From positions 19,282,001 through 19,346,000 of the forward strand of contig OX638158.1 in the NCBI GenBank assembly GCA_951804945.1: a stretch of 64,000 nucleotides of DNA, given 5' to 3'. The notes under the pieces were generated by a model. It was not told the DNA's origin. It did no database searches and saw only the letters and a list, made by a program, of their open reading frames with translations. The stretch comes from Podarcis cretensis. Taxonomy: Eukaryota. A program made the position numbers and the translations under genes. Positions 12,521 to 26,243 of the stretch are shown piece by piece (the stretch's first letter is position 1; the number at the start of each line of letters is the position of its first letter).

Positions 12521-12673
12521 AATGGGATTTCCTCCTGAGCAAACATCCATAATATTGGGATGAAAATCTCAAATAACGAGGTTCTTAATGAATGAATCCT
12601 AGAACTTAAACATAAAGCCTAACATTTTAAGACAGATGTGTTATTTTAAGATATGATTCTATGGTTCTATGTA

Positions 12674-13924
12674 CCATATTTTTCGCACCTGACCAAAAGA
12701 CGCACCAAGTTTTTAGATCAGGAAAACAAGAAAAAAAATATCTGACTCAAATGTTGTACTAAACTATTTAAAACAGCAAAGTGGGTGGCTCCTGTCCACT
12801 TTGCTGCTTTAAAGCGAGCCACGGTATATATTGAAGAGAATGGAAAAAGGACAGACATTCCATTATAATGTAGCTGTTTTCATTATCACTGGGAAGTCAG
12901 TATTGGCAGCAGTCACAAAAACTAAAATTTGAACATTTTACTGTTATTAATCAAGAATATTAATAGTCAGGGAGAGAAACCAGGGCTGTGCAAATGAGAA
13001 GTGCTTGGAGTATGGAGGAACAGCAAAGAGATAAAATGATTGCACTCCAGTTCCTAAATCTCTGAAGTTTTCTCAAAACAGGCATGGTTGTATTGAAAGG
13101 AAGATTCAAAATGGGGTGACTCAGCAAAGAACAGAGGAGGAAAAGAGGGCAGATAAATAGCTTCCATTCAATAACAAGAGAACACAATGTTTTTGGTTTG
13201 GTATAGGTGGACTGTACTTGTAAGAATTTGTATAATGAATTATAGATTTGGAGTGGAATATCAGTGCCTCTTTTCAGCAATAAAGATTAGCTGCTAGGAA
13301 CATGGTCCACACACAAACACACAGGATGTCTGGTTATAGTTGTGCAGTTTAAACTGTTCCTGAGCCAGATGCCTGCTCAGTTGTAGCTGAGCTCACTATT
13401 ACTGGTTTGTGGAGATGCTTTGCATGTATTTATGACTATTTCTGCAAAACTGCTACTTGAAGAAATCCCCAAACTTAATATTTTTAAACTTCAAATGGAG
13501 CTCAGAATCCAGTTAGGCAACCCTTTGCAGTTGAATTAGGAGGCACAGAGAGACAGCAATTTGCTTCTCCCCACCCCCACCCCCACGAGCATCCCAGGAA
13601 CACACAGCCTTCCCTCTGCTTGCAAACCTTGTCGGGGCTTCAGGGGAAAGCAGAGGCTGCCGGCAGAGCAGTGTGGCTCCTCCCCCCCATCCCAGGAACA
13701 CACAGCCTTCCCTCTGCTTGCAAACCTTGTCGGGGCTTCAGGGGAAAGCAGAGGCTGCCGGCAGAGCCACGTGGCTCCTCCCCCCACCCCCAAAGAGCAC
13801 CCCAGCAGTGCAGGGCAACAGCGATTTGGCTCCAGGGACCACACATTCGCTCCATAAGACGCACAGACATTTTCCCTTCCTTTTTAGGAGGGAAAAAGTG
13901 CGTCCAATGAAGCGAAAAATACGG
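12674..13924 (+). mobile_element. Long non-autonomous member of the CCGTATTTTT TIR family
   Basis: Left end TA|CCATATTTTTCGC..GACGCACC..GGAAAACAAGAAAAAAA and right end CATTCGCTCCATAAGACGCAC...GCGAAAAATACGG|TA match the ends of 7651-8231 and 46370-46627. Confidence 0.7.
13590..13785. repeat. 98-bp tandem duplication (2 near-identical units)
   Basis: ATCCCAGGAACACACAGCC... starts at 13591 and again at 13689. Confidence 0.93.
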
Positions 13925-16900
13925 TATATATTAAGTTGTCCATAAATAAAACCTATTGCCTATGTGAACAATTGAAGATAACATCATACAATTAACTAAA
14001 CCTTGGAATCACTGAAATCACTCCAATTATCTGAATCTACCTTATTTTCCACACATTGTGGAAAGCAGCACTCTTATATGGAAATTCTGGGCAATATCTA
14101 AGTCACTGAACCAATTAATGCTGAATTGTACAAAACAATCCTATAGGAAATACAGAAAAACCTGCATCACCAGAAGAGCTATGAAACAAAAATGCTAGTC
14201 CCATATAACGTACTCAGGCCAAGTTTGGACATTGTGCTGAACCAGGCATGGGGAGCCTGTGGCACTCCAGATATTGCTAGACTACAACACCCATCATCCT
14301 TTACCATTAACCACAATAGCTTGGGCTGATGCGAGTTGACAGTCCAGCTACTTTGGAGTGGCATAAATTCCACACTCCTACACTATACTGTAGCTTCAGT
14401 GACATGAACAAGCTTAGGTGAGCCTTAGTCTCACACATACATGATCTCTCTCCTCCTCCACACAGCTGAGAGCAGACAGATGCTTCCACTTTTTCATTAT
14501 TTGTCACTTCATCCAGATCAACAAACTGCTTAATGAGAACTATGATGTTTGAAACAAGCCAACTTGTTTCAATGAACATTAATGTTTACCAGATTGGATG
14601 GAACAAACTAGTACAGCCAAAGCTTTCAAACCTCTGCCCAGCTGAGTGAGAGAAGAGGAGAATGCAAGCCTGAGGCTCACCTAGGCTCATTCACTTCATG
14701 CTAAACTATGGTTTAGCATGACGTTGAAAAACAGCTTCCGTGCAGAGGTTTGAAAGGTTAAAAAAGATGCAGGAAACTCAAGGACAGTTTGTCCTTTAAC
14801 AAGTACCAAACTCCAAAACAACTTGTATCCATTCATGGTTAAGTATTTAGTGTAGCCCTGGGAGATTAGCAATAAACCTGGATCTTTTACACACATTTGT
14901 ATGGAAATACAGGAGGCCAGCATACCTAACGTTTTAGCCCTAGGAGCTCTGCATACTTCTGAAGTAGCTTGGAAGTTGTATTACTCACTGTATTCACAAA
15001 GGATTAAAATAAATTACTTTTGCCTGTACAGTTACAAGTCTGATTTCTGATCTTCAGATCTTTGCTGTTTGACATACAAACTCATGCAGAGAGGCAAGAC
15101 AAAGTAAAGGGGAAACAATAACTATCCTGATTTCTGCAGCTGCATTACTGGTAGTTTTGTCTTGCTTTTGGTTCTCTTTATTTAGCTCATGCGAATAATG
15201 AAGTTGGTTTCCCTTAAACTGTTTCTGCTGAACTTTAATAGCTTTTTGCCCTGCTCAGTTGTAAACCCAATAGAATCATTCTCTATTTCAGGAATGTTAC
15301 AGAAACACTATTTCCTATGAATGAATTTAAAAGGCAAAAGTGAAATGAAATGGATTATAGTCTCTGATTCTCTTTTCTAACTTGACCCTTCATGTTGTGG
15401 GTTACCGGTATGCCTAAATCTGCAATGTGTATGCCACCCTGAACCGAATTTGGCCTGCATACAAGGCTTGATCTTCCTCTTTCTAACTTGCCCCAGTATA
15501 CCAAAGCTTTCCCTCTGCTCTGCACAATCACACTCACTTATTATTATTAATCACCCACCCTTCCCCCTAAGGTCCCACAGTATGTCCAAATTTATCCCAC
15601 TTTAGTGCACATTTCATTGCCCTCTGATGAGGGTGACAAGAGAAATTCCATTCTAGGATGAAGGTGGGGAGGGGGTGGGGAGTCAAACCCCTAGGCAACC
15701 CCACCATCAAAACAAGATGCTGCTCACTGCTGCCTGGAGTCACCAACATAAGAGACACCAAATTTCAGAGTTAAAATTTCAGTACTACAGAACATCAGCT
15801 AAAAGAAAAAATACAAACATAAACTTTAATAATAAAGTTCACTGCATTCTATTCAGTTTATTATTTTAAAAGGTAGGCTTGCACACAGCGTCATCAGTGT
15901 GAATGGTGCTTTACAGAGAAAAAAGACAGCTGGTCCCTGCCCAAAAAGTTTAAAATCCTACACAAGCAAAACAATAGAGGAAGGAAGTAGAAAAATGTAT
16001 TCAATTCATTTGCACTTAGGCTTAGCTTCCACAGATAATGTGGTTGTGCCAAAGGCTTCATAGAAAAGGTGGACTTTTGAGAACGAGTTTGCGGGGTGGG
16101 GGATGCAACATCCTATAGGTGGCTCAGGGAGGCAGCTGCAGTGAAGTCACCAACAAGGAAGAAAAGGCCAGAATAATTCAAAGGCTCTGTTTGCAAAGGA
16201 GCGTATGTCCCATCCAGGCCTAGGTGAGACCAGCTGACTAGCCTTAACTCCCACCTCCTTTGTGACTGAAATGGAAAAAAATCTGTTGCCTGTGATGGTG
16301 CTGCTGCACTGAGTGAGGAAGCCCCTTCCCAGAGGAATTATCTCAACTGGCACTGGTTGGTGCTTTGATAAATTATTTTTTAATACTATGAGTTACTATC
16401 AAAAGGCACTGTTTATTGAACTGAACTGAACTGAACACAGGCTGAAACCGGCATCCATTTTCATTAAGTTCTCACCAAAGTCTCTTAATTGTGGAGACAC
16501 ACTATTTCCCCCTGAATATGAGAGGCACACTTTGCTACTGAACTCGGAAAGCTTTCCTATTCATGTGCAAGGCTATGAATTTGCCATACTCGAAGGAGGC
16601 CATCTCCTGGGTATTTCTGCTCGAGTCACTGTTCTAAGGAGTGCCAGTCTAGAAAAATGAGTTATGCAGATGCACATCAGTGAGGCTTCTATGTGGTGGG
16701 TAGTTTTCTCCATTTTGGTTCCCAACAATTGGGGGGGGGGGGGAACATGGGGTGGAAACCAGCCCCATGCAGAGCTTATGCTGGTCCTGGGTTGCCCCCC
16801 TGGTCAGCTTAGCCCTCCAGGGCCCAGAGAAAGTGTACCCAGCTGCCCTCCCCCATCTTCATGGACCTGGTGGAAACACTTGGGCTCAATCTCAGCTACA

Positions 16901-17633
16901 TTACAATCTTGGATTTTACTAATGCTTTTTATAGCCACTGAATTCTCCCTGGGTATTGTTTTTGGGAGGGGAGCTTCTTCCCACCACTTATTTTTTTCAC
17001 CCCCACAAACCTCAAGCTTACCCCAGTCTGTTTATCCCTCATATGAAGGTGGTAGCTTTAGTTATATTTGTGCAAGCATGCTAAGACTTGAAAAAGAAAT
17101 AAGGATATTTCCACTGGAAACCAACGGAAAATAATATTTCCTTGAATGGTAGGGCAAAAGTATTTTAAACTTTTACTTACAGCTTGTATAAACAAGTATT
17201 TAGAATCCTAGTTAAGCAACACATGCCTATAATAATTCTTTCATTCTGTAACATATTTGTTCAGATCAAGAGCTAATGTTCAAGTTAATGTTTTGTAATG
17301 AAGAAAAAACTGACAGGGTCAAAAGATTTCAACCAATATCCAATTTTAGTTTGGTACAGTACCTGGTTACGCAACTTTTCCTGAATGAATGCCAATGAAC
17401 AGTAGGATTAAAGAACTGATTTCTACCTGAGCTTTAAGTGTGGGCTGTGGCTCTTCCTTTTTGTAGCATTCAACCTCTTGCATTTCATGTAGAGCTAGGA
17501 AAGAGAGCATCTACATTTTCCCAAGTGTGTGCTTTCTTTTCTTTTTCTCTCCTGCAAAGCTACCCATCCTCTATCACTGAAGGAAGACATCTTTTGTTAG
17601 CTGTGGTAGGAGCTCTACAATTGTAGATGGTTA

Positions 17634-17804
<171 letters not shown>

Positions 17805-17871
17805 TTAAATTAAAAGAACGATTCAGACTCTAAATGTCTCAAAGCGAGCAGAGGCTGCTGGCGTTACTCAC

Positions 17872-17896
17872 CGCAGAAGGGAGTAGATGGGTAGAC
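17872..17896 (-). other. Candidate 25-nt cassette (poison) microexon in WNK1 intron 3
   Basis: ~40-nt polypyrimidine tract + CACAG acceptor, 25 nt, then GCG|GTGAGT donor. Confidence 0.45.
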
Positions 17897-19613
17897 CTGT
17901 GAGAAAAGAAGAAGTGGAAGCAAAAAGAAGAGGGAGGACACCCTCAGTCACTCTGTTTCATCAACGTATCCCATGGGTCTTCCATTGCAAGGCCTTTGCA
18001 AGAAGTGAGGAACCAACAGTTAAAGGTTTTTATGTTCACCATTTATATATATTATAATGGAACAGAATCGGGGGGAACATATGAAGATTTTACTCATAAT
18101 GGTATATGATTGAATCCCAGGTTGAAGATAAACGGAGAAAAATAAAGTAAGAGACTAGCTAGACTACAAACCAAATACTTGTTAGACACACTTACCTTTC
18201 CTCCTTGTGAGAAAGGAGGTATGAGGCTTGTTTCAGCATCCCTGCCTGCCCTCTGCTGTAAAAAATTAGTACTGGAAAGAGTCCACAGCTAGTCTCTGAC
18301 CCGTAACACTCCATTTACTTCTGTTTAGTGTCACTTTAAACAAAGCCTTGCAATGAAAAACCCTGTGTTTATGAATAAAGGCTTCTTAAAAATTAATTTT
18401 TCAAAAATGTTCTGCAAAGGCCACTCACCAGAGCCCTTTTTACATACTTACCATTTCACCTGCAGTACATTTTATAGGCCTACTGCAGATACAGGAAATA
18501 GTGAGGGACATCCTACAGGCAAAAATACTCAGAAATATAGAGAGATTGAGTTATAGGCACAGAGGGCGAGATTCAATAAATCCTAATTTTAAAATCAATT
18601 TGTAGGAGGTGTATTATCCCTGATGTATCAAACCAATGCACCCTTCCGTTTCACAGAAATCTGCACTATATGAATCAGAGATATGTAAGAGCCAGAAATT
18701 ACCAATAAGCAGAGAATTATTTCCTGCAAACAAACCAGATTGTATGCAAATTTACCAATCAATCACTTTTTACTTCCCTATCCATCTTCCCATGATTCAG
18801 TGGTGTTCCAGCCTTAACTGAAAGGGAGCATACTAATTCAATTGTTCAAAAAAGTCAGAATATGGCAGTTTTCCAATTGAAAGTTGATCATAACATATGG
18901 AAAAGAGACTGCTGTTAAGGAAGTTGGTCATTTCCCACTGAATATTCTCCCCTTTCCACTAACATTAATTGTTTCTAGACTGGCTGGAAAGCAGGAAATG
19001 TTTCATTGTCACAAAGGCCAAGATATTTGCAAATGTGAATTTGTATTGTTAAAATCAGGTATTACAACTTCTGAAAACAGAACTTCAGAAATAGCTGTAG
19101 ATTGCATTCTAAAAACACACACTAGCAGATGCAGACTAAAAAGGACCATCTTTTCCCTTGTTAGCTTGCATCCTTCACAAAACAAATAGCAGAACAGAGC
19201 TGTTAAAACCAATTATCTGGTCATAGTTTCAGACCAGCTGACAAAGCTATTGTAGGGTACTTAAATGCAGCAGCCCAGAAATTTTAGGTATAAGGCAGAG
19301 GTTTGTATTTTTTAAAAAAGATTTTTCATTCAAAACTCTGTGCTTCCCCTTAATCCCAGTTCAGAACAGTTATTTCAAAGGATGGAAATACTTTGGTTTT
19401 ATCAAGTGTTCTGCTAAGTGAATGAGCCTACACACCTTGAGAAGATTCTTTAAGAGAATACTAATATCAGGGACCCATATTTTATGAGACCTAAAACTCC
19501 AGAATTTTCAGGGATGAAGCTTTTTTCATTTCCTTTTTTTGCTTTGTGAGAATTGGAAAATTCTATTAGGCAAATTTTCAAGTAAGAACTGCTAAAACAA
19601 ACCAGATGCTTAC

Positions 19614-19834
19614 CTATCACACTCTTGGCAAAGGAAGCCCGCTTCAAGGTTGCCAGACCCAAGTCTCCTATCTTGACTGATCCTGTGGGGCCAGTAATAA
19701 ATATGTTGTCACACTTCAAGTCACGGTGGATAATGGGAGGAGTACGCGTGTGCAAGAACTGCAAACCCTTCAGTATTTGCCGGCACCAGCTTCGCAGTAC
19801 TTTGATTTTCATCACTTTAAACCTTTTTAAGTAC
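19614..19834 (-). CDS. WNK1: WNK1 exon 3 (221 nt): [73 protein letters not shown](G)
   Basis: Acceptor ccctag|G at 19834; donor G|GTAAGC at 19613; HRDLK catalytic loop, WNK-specific DLG chloride-binding motif, activation-loop serines (SFAKS). Confidence 0.98.
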
Positions 19835-20851
19835 CTAGGGAAAGAGCCACAGGAATAAAAATAAGCTTCAAGCTTCATCTAGAAGTCCATGCTGTTGGAA
19901 TGCCACAAGTGAACTACAAACCATCAAACAAACAGTTCGTAACAAAAGCAGGCTTCGTATGAGCCAAACTCCACACCTCCAGAAAAAGAACATAGGGCAA
20001 AGAGAAGTATTGGGAGTACTGAAAACCAGCCTTCCTTTTCAGAGGTAATAGAAACTGCACAGCAGGGCTCCTTCACAAAAAGAATAACTACACCTGCAGC
20101 ATTTATATAAATCAATACACTGAACTGATTGGCTCATGAGTTAGAATCCAGGGGCCACCAATCTTTCTGAACCTGTGGGCACATTTGAAATTTTGAGTGT
20201 GTGGTATAGGAGCAACCCACCTCTGGTGCTTTTCCTTAACTCCCTTATGTGCACATGCTCACATAAGCACACACTCCTTCTCTTTCATATTCTTTGGGTT
20301 CTGGGTAAAAGTTGAGATTCAGTAGAATTAAAACAAATCTTTTTTAATGTGCATGATTTTATATGAGGTTCCCCTGCACCAGTAAAGCATTTTTAGTAGT
20401 AGGTTGCACAGTAAAAATCACAGTGACAGTGCTTGCCAGCACCACAAAAACATGCCCAAGGCACAGATTCCCATGTATCTTCATGATTTTTACATAACAT
20501 GACAACAAAGTTACCATCAAATCACAGAACACATCTGTGACACAGGTGGACTATGATTTGACAATACTCTTGAGGTGATCCCATGTACAAATTATGAGGT
20601 TCCATAAGGATTGACACCTCAGATTTATGTTGCTGCTCAATAGTAGCTCTGAAAGTCAATGAAGGCAGATATGATCTGTTACTTGATTTTGAGGGGAGCA
20701 GGGAGTAAATAACCTCTGAAACAACAAATGCGATTTCAAGAAGATCTGTTTTACTGGATCCATGTGTGCACACATGCTTTTTCTCTACTGACCTTGGCAA
20801 CTCTTCTTTCTCTGCTGGCCATTCTTAATTCATCCCCTCAGTATGCTAGAA

Positions 20852-21085
20852 CAGGCATGCCCAACTCCCAAGTGACTGCGATCTACTCCCAGTATAAAAA
20901 AACTGGCAGTGATCTATCCATTGTCAGCTTTCTTTGGAAGGCAGTGGCAAGAGTTGTTGAGCTCTTTTTGAGGAGGCTTCATCAGAGTTGTTGGGCTTGC
21001 GGGGGGGGCAGGTTGCGATCCCACAATGACCAGGGACAGCCCACAGTCGACCAGTAGATCGCAACTGACTGGTTGGACATGCCTG
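20852..21085. mobile_element. hAT (Charlie-like) MITE
   Basis: TIRs CAGGCATGCCCAAC / GTTGGACATGCCTG; 8-bp TSD TGCTAGAA / TCCTAGAA. Confidence 0.85.
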
Positions 21086-23129
21086 TCCTAGAAGATCATT
21101 ATTCCCCTTTCTTTCCTTTCCTCCTAATTACTCCACTTTCTAATCAGTTGCCTGAAGTCTTGAAAAGCACATAGGAAAAATCTTCCTTCGCCCTGTTTCA
21201 TTTTTATATGTTTTTCAAAAGGAAGGCAAAATAAGCACATTCACTACCTCAAAGCAGTTTCTCTTTTTCATAAAATAATTTTAAGTATCCATTCAGTTTT
21301 CTGTACATGCTGTAATAGTTATTTTGTCTTTTTAAGCAATTAGCTTTACATCAATTAATTTTGCTTATAACCTAGCTGTTACACTTCCTGCAAAAGCTCC
21401 ATTTTCAAGAGACGTCAGAAGTGATACCAGCTTAGGATAATATTTGAAAAGTCAGCATCCCTGGCAGGAAAAGTTGGGGCCCAAAGCCTTTAAGAGAAGA
21501 GAATTGGCAACAGACAAGTACGTTTTAAGAGCCAAGAATGTAAGCAAAGACACTATAGCTGAGCCAAACTGCCTCTCTTAAGATGTATCTTGTGCAATGG
21601 GCACAAAAACCTGAGTGGTATTATGCGAGCAGCAAAATACTCAAAGGGTATCTCAGCCAAGAAATCAAATCAGAACATGTACACCAGCAGTTTCCTCTCC
21701 CAGTCTCCCATGAGCCCTTCATACTCATACTTTCCTTCTAATATCCTCCTCTTCTCAACTCTTATTCCAAGCTGAACTCCAATTTCCCTCTGAAACCATC
21801 TCTCAAATGCTTTTTACAGGGCAGTTTTCACACCAGGATTAATGTTTGAAATGTGATTTCAAAGTCCCTCCTTTTGAACTACAGAAATTGTAGCAATGGG
21901 GATTAGTATCAATCATCCAGAACTGGCAGCTGTCCAAATTATTCTATCAAGACATGCTCTTACAATGAAGTGGATAAGCAGAGATCAGAACATGGACTGA
22001 ATTGTTGTTGAATAATCACGATAAGCATCTATTGTAAGATCATATAATAATGGCATCCAAGCTAGTCACAGAATCCCAAACACCTGTCATGGGGGGTGAC
22101 ATGGGAAGCAACCTTTGAACACTGAACATTACATGGAAAGGAGGAAGCCTGTTAATATAGAGGAAAGGTTTATGGGGGGAAGGGGTATTGCTAAAGGCTG
22201 AACTAAGAAATTAAATTATTTTCCTGGAAGCTAACTGGGGTATAATGAGGTTTGTTCACAGGACAATGGGCTTGTCAAGGCACACAAAAATAACTTTTCC
22301 CACCAGATTTTCAAGGAGGAGCAAAATGCTTCTGGAAGCACTGACACCTCACTCACATTTAGATAAAGGGTAGTAGGGAGAGAATCACAATACAGAATAT
22401 GCCAACTAAAAATACGTTTCTAAAATTCTTAAAATTAGTGCAGATATTGTCATTGGACAGGATCAAGGTCTCAAGGAGAACATAAAAATCTTTTCATTTG
22501 TTAGCTTAATTACCATCAGTCAAGTAAAGGCAAGTTTACACTGTAACCAAGGCTTCCTGGCTGAGCTCCTTCATTTAATGTTTCAATAGCTAAGTGGTTG
22601 CTACAGTGACATCATAGCTGTCATTCACTTTCCAACAAAAACTTCTTTTCATTATGAGTTGACATTCTGCAGTTATGCTCCTTCCCCCATTTCACCCAGG
22701 GAAAGCAACAATGAACCAAAGCACTGTTCTGAATTTGAAAGCAGTGCATACCAGTACTGGCTAATTCTGTTAAAACAGATTGGCAGGTAAACTAGTATCA
22801 TATGTTGCAGCAAACGAAAATGAGCTTACAGGTCACTGAAATCTATCAGAGGAAGTGAAATAGCATCTGTAATTCAATTTATGTGGGTGACATGTGGCTT
22901 TTAATTCAAATGTTTTAGTCACTTCCAAGTGTCCTTGTAAATCTTTTAAGTACTCGCTATAACTAAATGCATTTCCATTTCTAGCCACCTCTGAAATGCT
23001 GAGTATCATCTACTTTCCCATTTGTCCTGAACTTCTGTAACATAAATACTACCTTATCAAAACTTGCAAGAATAATAAATCATTTCCTAGGACTAACACA
23101 GCAACAGCCTTCTAGGCTCATGAAGATCT

Positions 23130-24546
23130 AACATGCAGTCCACTCCCAGAATGAAAGCTCCCCAGCTGTCAGAGAGGTTGAGGGTCTCAGGGAAGGAGGT
23201 CATTGCTCTGAGGTAGAGGAAAATAATACATTAGAAGGAACCCATTCCTTGGATGAGCTGGTGTCCTCTTGTGCCAAGGATATTTTTCTAGGAGGTGGAT
23301 GGATCCTGGTTGTGGGTGATTCAATAATTAGGGGCATAGATGGTTGCCATTATGATAGGTATACAGATTGCATGGTGAACCGCCTACCTGGTGCAAAGGG
23401 TGCAGGTGTTGCCCACTGCCCACAGTTAGACAGGTGGTTAGTACTAGAGAGAAGTCAGTGGTTATGGTGCATGTTTGCACCAGTGGCATGGGGGAAATGT
23501 AGTCACGAAGTCCTGGAAACAAAATTTAGGTTGCTAGATAGGATGCTGAAAGCCAGGACATTCAATGTAGCTTTCTCCAAAATGCTACCAGTTCCACACA
23601 CAGGACCAGCTAGTGTGGTGCAGGCTAGCAATCCATGTGTGGATGAGATGCTGGTTGTGGGAAGAGGGGTTTGGATTTGATAAGCACCGGGGCACATTTT
23701 GCAGCAAGCCAAGCCTGTACAAAAGGTATGGACTCCACTTGAACCAGAATGGAAGCAGACCACTGACACTGAAAGAGAAAAGACGGCATAGCAGCTTTTG
23801 AACTGATTACAGGGGAAGTGCTAACAGGAGCTGATTGGAACAAATCTGCCCCCTGAGATGAAGCTGGGGGGAGGGGGGAAATGATGAAAATTTAAACTGT
23901 GGAGCTGTAGAACTAGGTGAAGGGGCAGAGGTCAGCAATTCAGAGAGGCCAAAGCACCCCAGGCCAAAGACACTTGAAGATGGACACTGTATGTAAATCT
24001 TTATAAGCTAATGTTAGAAGCTTCTGAGCCAAGGTGGACAAACTGGAGTGCATGGTCTTAAAAGACAGCATTGATATAGTGGGCACAATGGGAATCTCGT
24101 AGAATGGAGGGAGGTAATGGGAAATTGTTATCTCCAGATATAGACACTATAGTAAGGACAGGGAAGGTTGTACTGGAGATGGTTTCACTCTGTACATCAA
24201 AGAGGACACTGAATCAAGCCAACTAGAAATCCCATCAGAGGCAGGCTTGTCCACAAAATTATTGTGGATGGTGATACTGGGCCCCATGAGTAATTTAGTA
24301 TGGGGTATGTACTATCACCCTCCCTTATCTAAATGCTCAGGGAGATCCTGAGATGAAAAAGGAAATCAAGAAAGCATGCAAAAGAGGAAATGTAGTAACA
24401 GCTGACAGGAGAACAGAATGCTATTGCATTTGGGTCCTGCTTGCAGGCTTCCCATGGGCATCTGGTTGGGCCACTGTGAGAACAGTATGCTAGACTAGAT
24501 CAGCCAGTGGTCTGAGCCAGCAGAGCTTTTATTATATTCTTATTCT
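23130..24546 (+). mobile_element. Degraded CR1 LINE: ORF1 SGNH-esterase region, start of ORF2 endonuclease, then CR1 3' UTR
   Basis: ILVVGDSIIRG..LPGAK (esterase); ANVRSF..KLECMVLKDSIDIVG and YYHPP (APE endonuclease); 24405-24546 resembles the reptile CR1 3' end. Left boundary approximate. Confidence 0.8.
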
Positions 24547-25115
24547 CTAGTCAATTTAAGCCAATTTAAATCAGGCTTATGAAGGAGGGCTTGTTTAACT
24601 AAAGTTTATTTTAAGCCATAACTTCTAAGATTGACGGTTTGCTCGCTTGGGAAAAGGGGGAAGCGGGCTTTAGAAGATGCTAGCAGATACAGCTGTTGCT
24701 CAAATAAGATATTTTGTAATGGTGGTTACATGTGCTCAGTCACTGCACATGCAAGCCTATAATAAAGCCTACAGAAGTTGCCAACAGAGACTAATTACAG
24801 GCTTCTGCACCTGGACAGAAGTAAACCACTCACAATTTAAACTTAATTCCATTATGGACAGCCAAATTTCGACTACAACCCAGGTAAATTCAATTAATCC
24901 TGTTATCTTTGATTTGGGAAATAAAGAGATTCATCAAAGTGCTGAAATACAAGAATCTGGCATGAAAATGGCAACTGGTCTCCAAACCCACAGTTTCTGA
25001 AAAGGAATCTGGCAGAACTGGTAACTGACCCTTTTGCCGCTTTTTAACTAATCCTATTTTGGGGTATCAGTAGACCTCAGAAAGAACTCAAGTTGAGATA
25101 CTTTGACTAGCTTAT

Positions 25116-25287
25116 ACTAGTTGAGCTACTTTGACTACGCTGCTCGTTTTCCCTCCTTTTCTACCTTGTGGGAAGAAGGTATTGTTGGCATAGTATGTAA
25201 TGAATTTTAATATTTTTAACTATTGATTTTAGTGTTGATTTTTGTGCACAGGCATGGTCCTCACAATAAACGGATTTGATTGATTGA
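25116..25287 (+). mobile_element. Short non-LTR retroposon 3' end with AATAAA and (GATT)n tail; family unassigned
   Basis: 13-bp TSD TTGACTAGCTTAT at 25103-25115 and 25288-25300. Confidence 0.75.
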
Positions 25288-25469
25288 TTGACTAGCTTAT
25301 CTACAGTCCTTTTCCGTAACTCACTGATTCCATTCGTTTAAGAGGATTTCAAACTTGACAGATACTCTTCCTCACAGTGTACCTCCACACAAAAACTAGT
25401 TGCCATTAAGGAATTCTTATTTTAAAAACAGTTTAATTAAGTAAGAATTTCTTAATTATATTACATGAA

Positions 25470-25662
25470 CTTATGAAAATAGGAAGCTGCCTTATACCAA
25501 GTCAGAGCATAGGTCCATCTAGGTCAGTATTATCTACACTGACTGGCAGCAGCACTCTAGGGATTCAGACAGGGTTCTCTCCCAGCCCTACCTGGAGATG
25601 CCAGGAATTGAATTTGGGACCTTCGGCATACAAGGCAGATGCTATATTTATGGTCCTTCCCC
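25470..25662 (-). mobile_element. tRNA-derived squamate SINE (Squam3-like)
   Basis: Minus strand has a B-box-like GGTCCCAAATTCAATTCCTGGCATCTCCAGG head and a CR1-like tail. Confidence 0.65.
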
Positions 25663-26070
25663 ATAGTTTATTTGATACATAATTCTATTCTGAATCAAAA
25701 TATAGAGAAGAGCAAAGAGTGCTTCCCTGACCACTAGAGGACTCCCTTGCTGCTTATTTTGCCTGGAATTTCAAGCATTTGCTGTACAGGAGACATGATA
25801 TGGCTTGCCAAAGTAGGACCTCAAAGCCTATTAACATTTCTTCCATCACAGTACTGCACTGACAATGGGTTGAGAGGTTTCATAATTTAAAGCCCAAAGA
25901 GTACACAGTAGCTATCATTCTGAACCTCCTTCTCAGAAATGTTCAATATATATCCAATGGCTTTTACAAGGCTTTTGCCCAAAAAACCAAACAACTTTTC
26001 ATTTATTTTTTTGGTAATTTTGATATCCATGTACATCATCAGTGTATGGCTCTGGCAAGCCTATACTCAC

Positions 26071-26243
26071 GTTTTCAATGTGCCAGATGTCATAAGCTCT
26101 GTAACCAGAACAATACACTTCTTTCCCTTGACAGTAGACTCCCAGGAATCATAGAACCTAACAATGTTAGGATGTTGAAGCCCTTTCAACATTTCAGCCT
26201 CCTCCTTAAATCGTTGCCTCTCCGATTTGGACAGCTTCCGATC
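26071..26243 (-). CDS. WNK1: WNK1 exon 2 (173 nt): [57 protein letters not shown](T)
   Basis: Acceptor cttttag|GAT at 26243; donor AC|GTGAGT at 26070; phases match exons 1 and 3. Confidence 0.98.

Noticed and set aside
13590-13785. Direct repeats considered as a CRISPR-like array
   Set aside because: Two adjacent units with no spacers, in eukaryotic DNA; a simple tandem duplication.
19450-19878. 142-aa ORF as a stand-alone kinase gene
   Set aside because: It is WNK1 exon 3 plus intronic flanks.
25560-25662. tRNA-like sequence
   Set aside because: Degenerate SINE head; no complete cloverleaf, so no tRNA gene is called.
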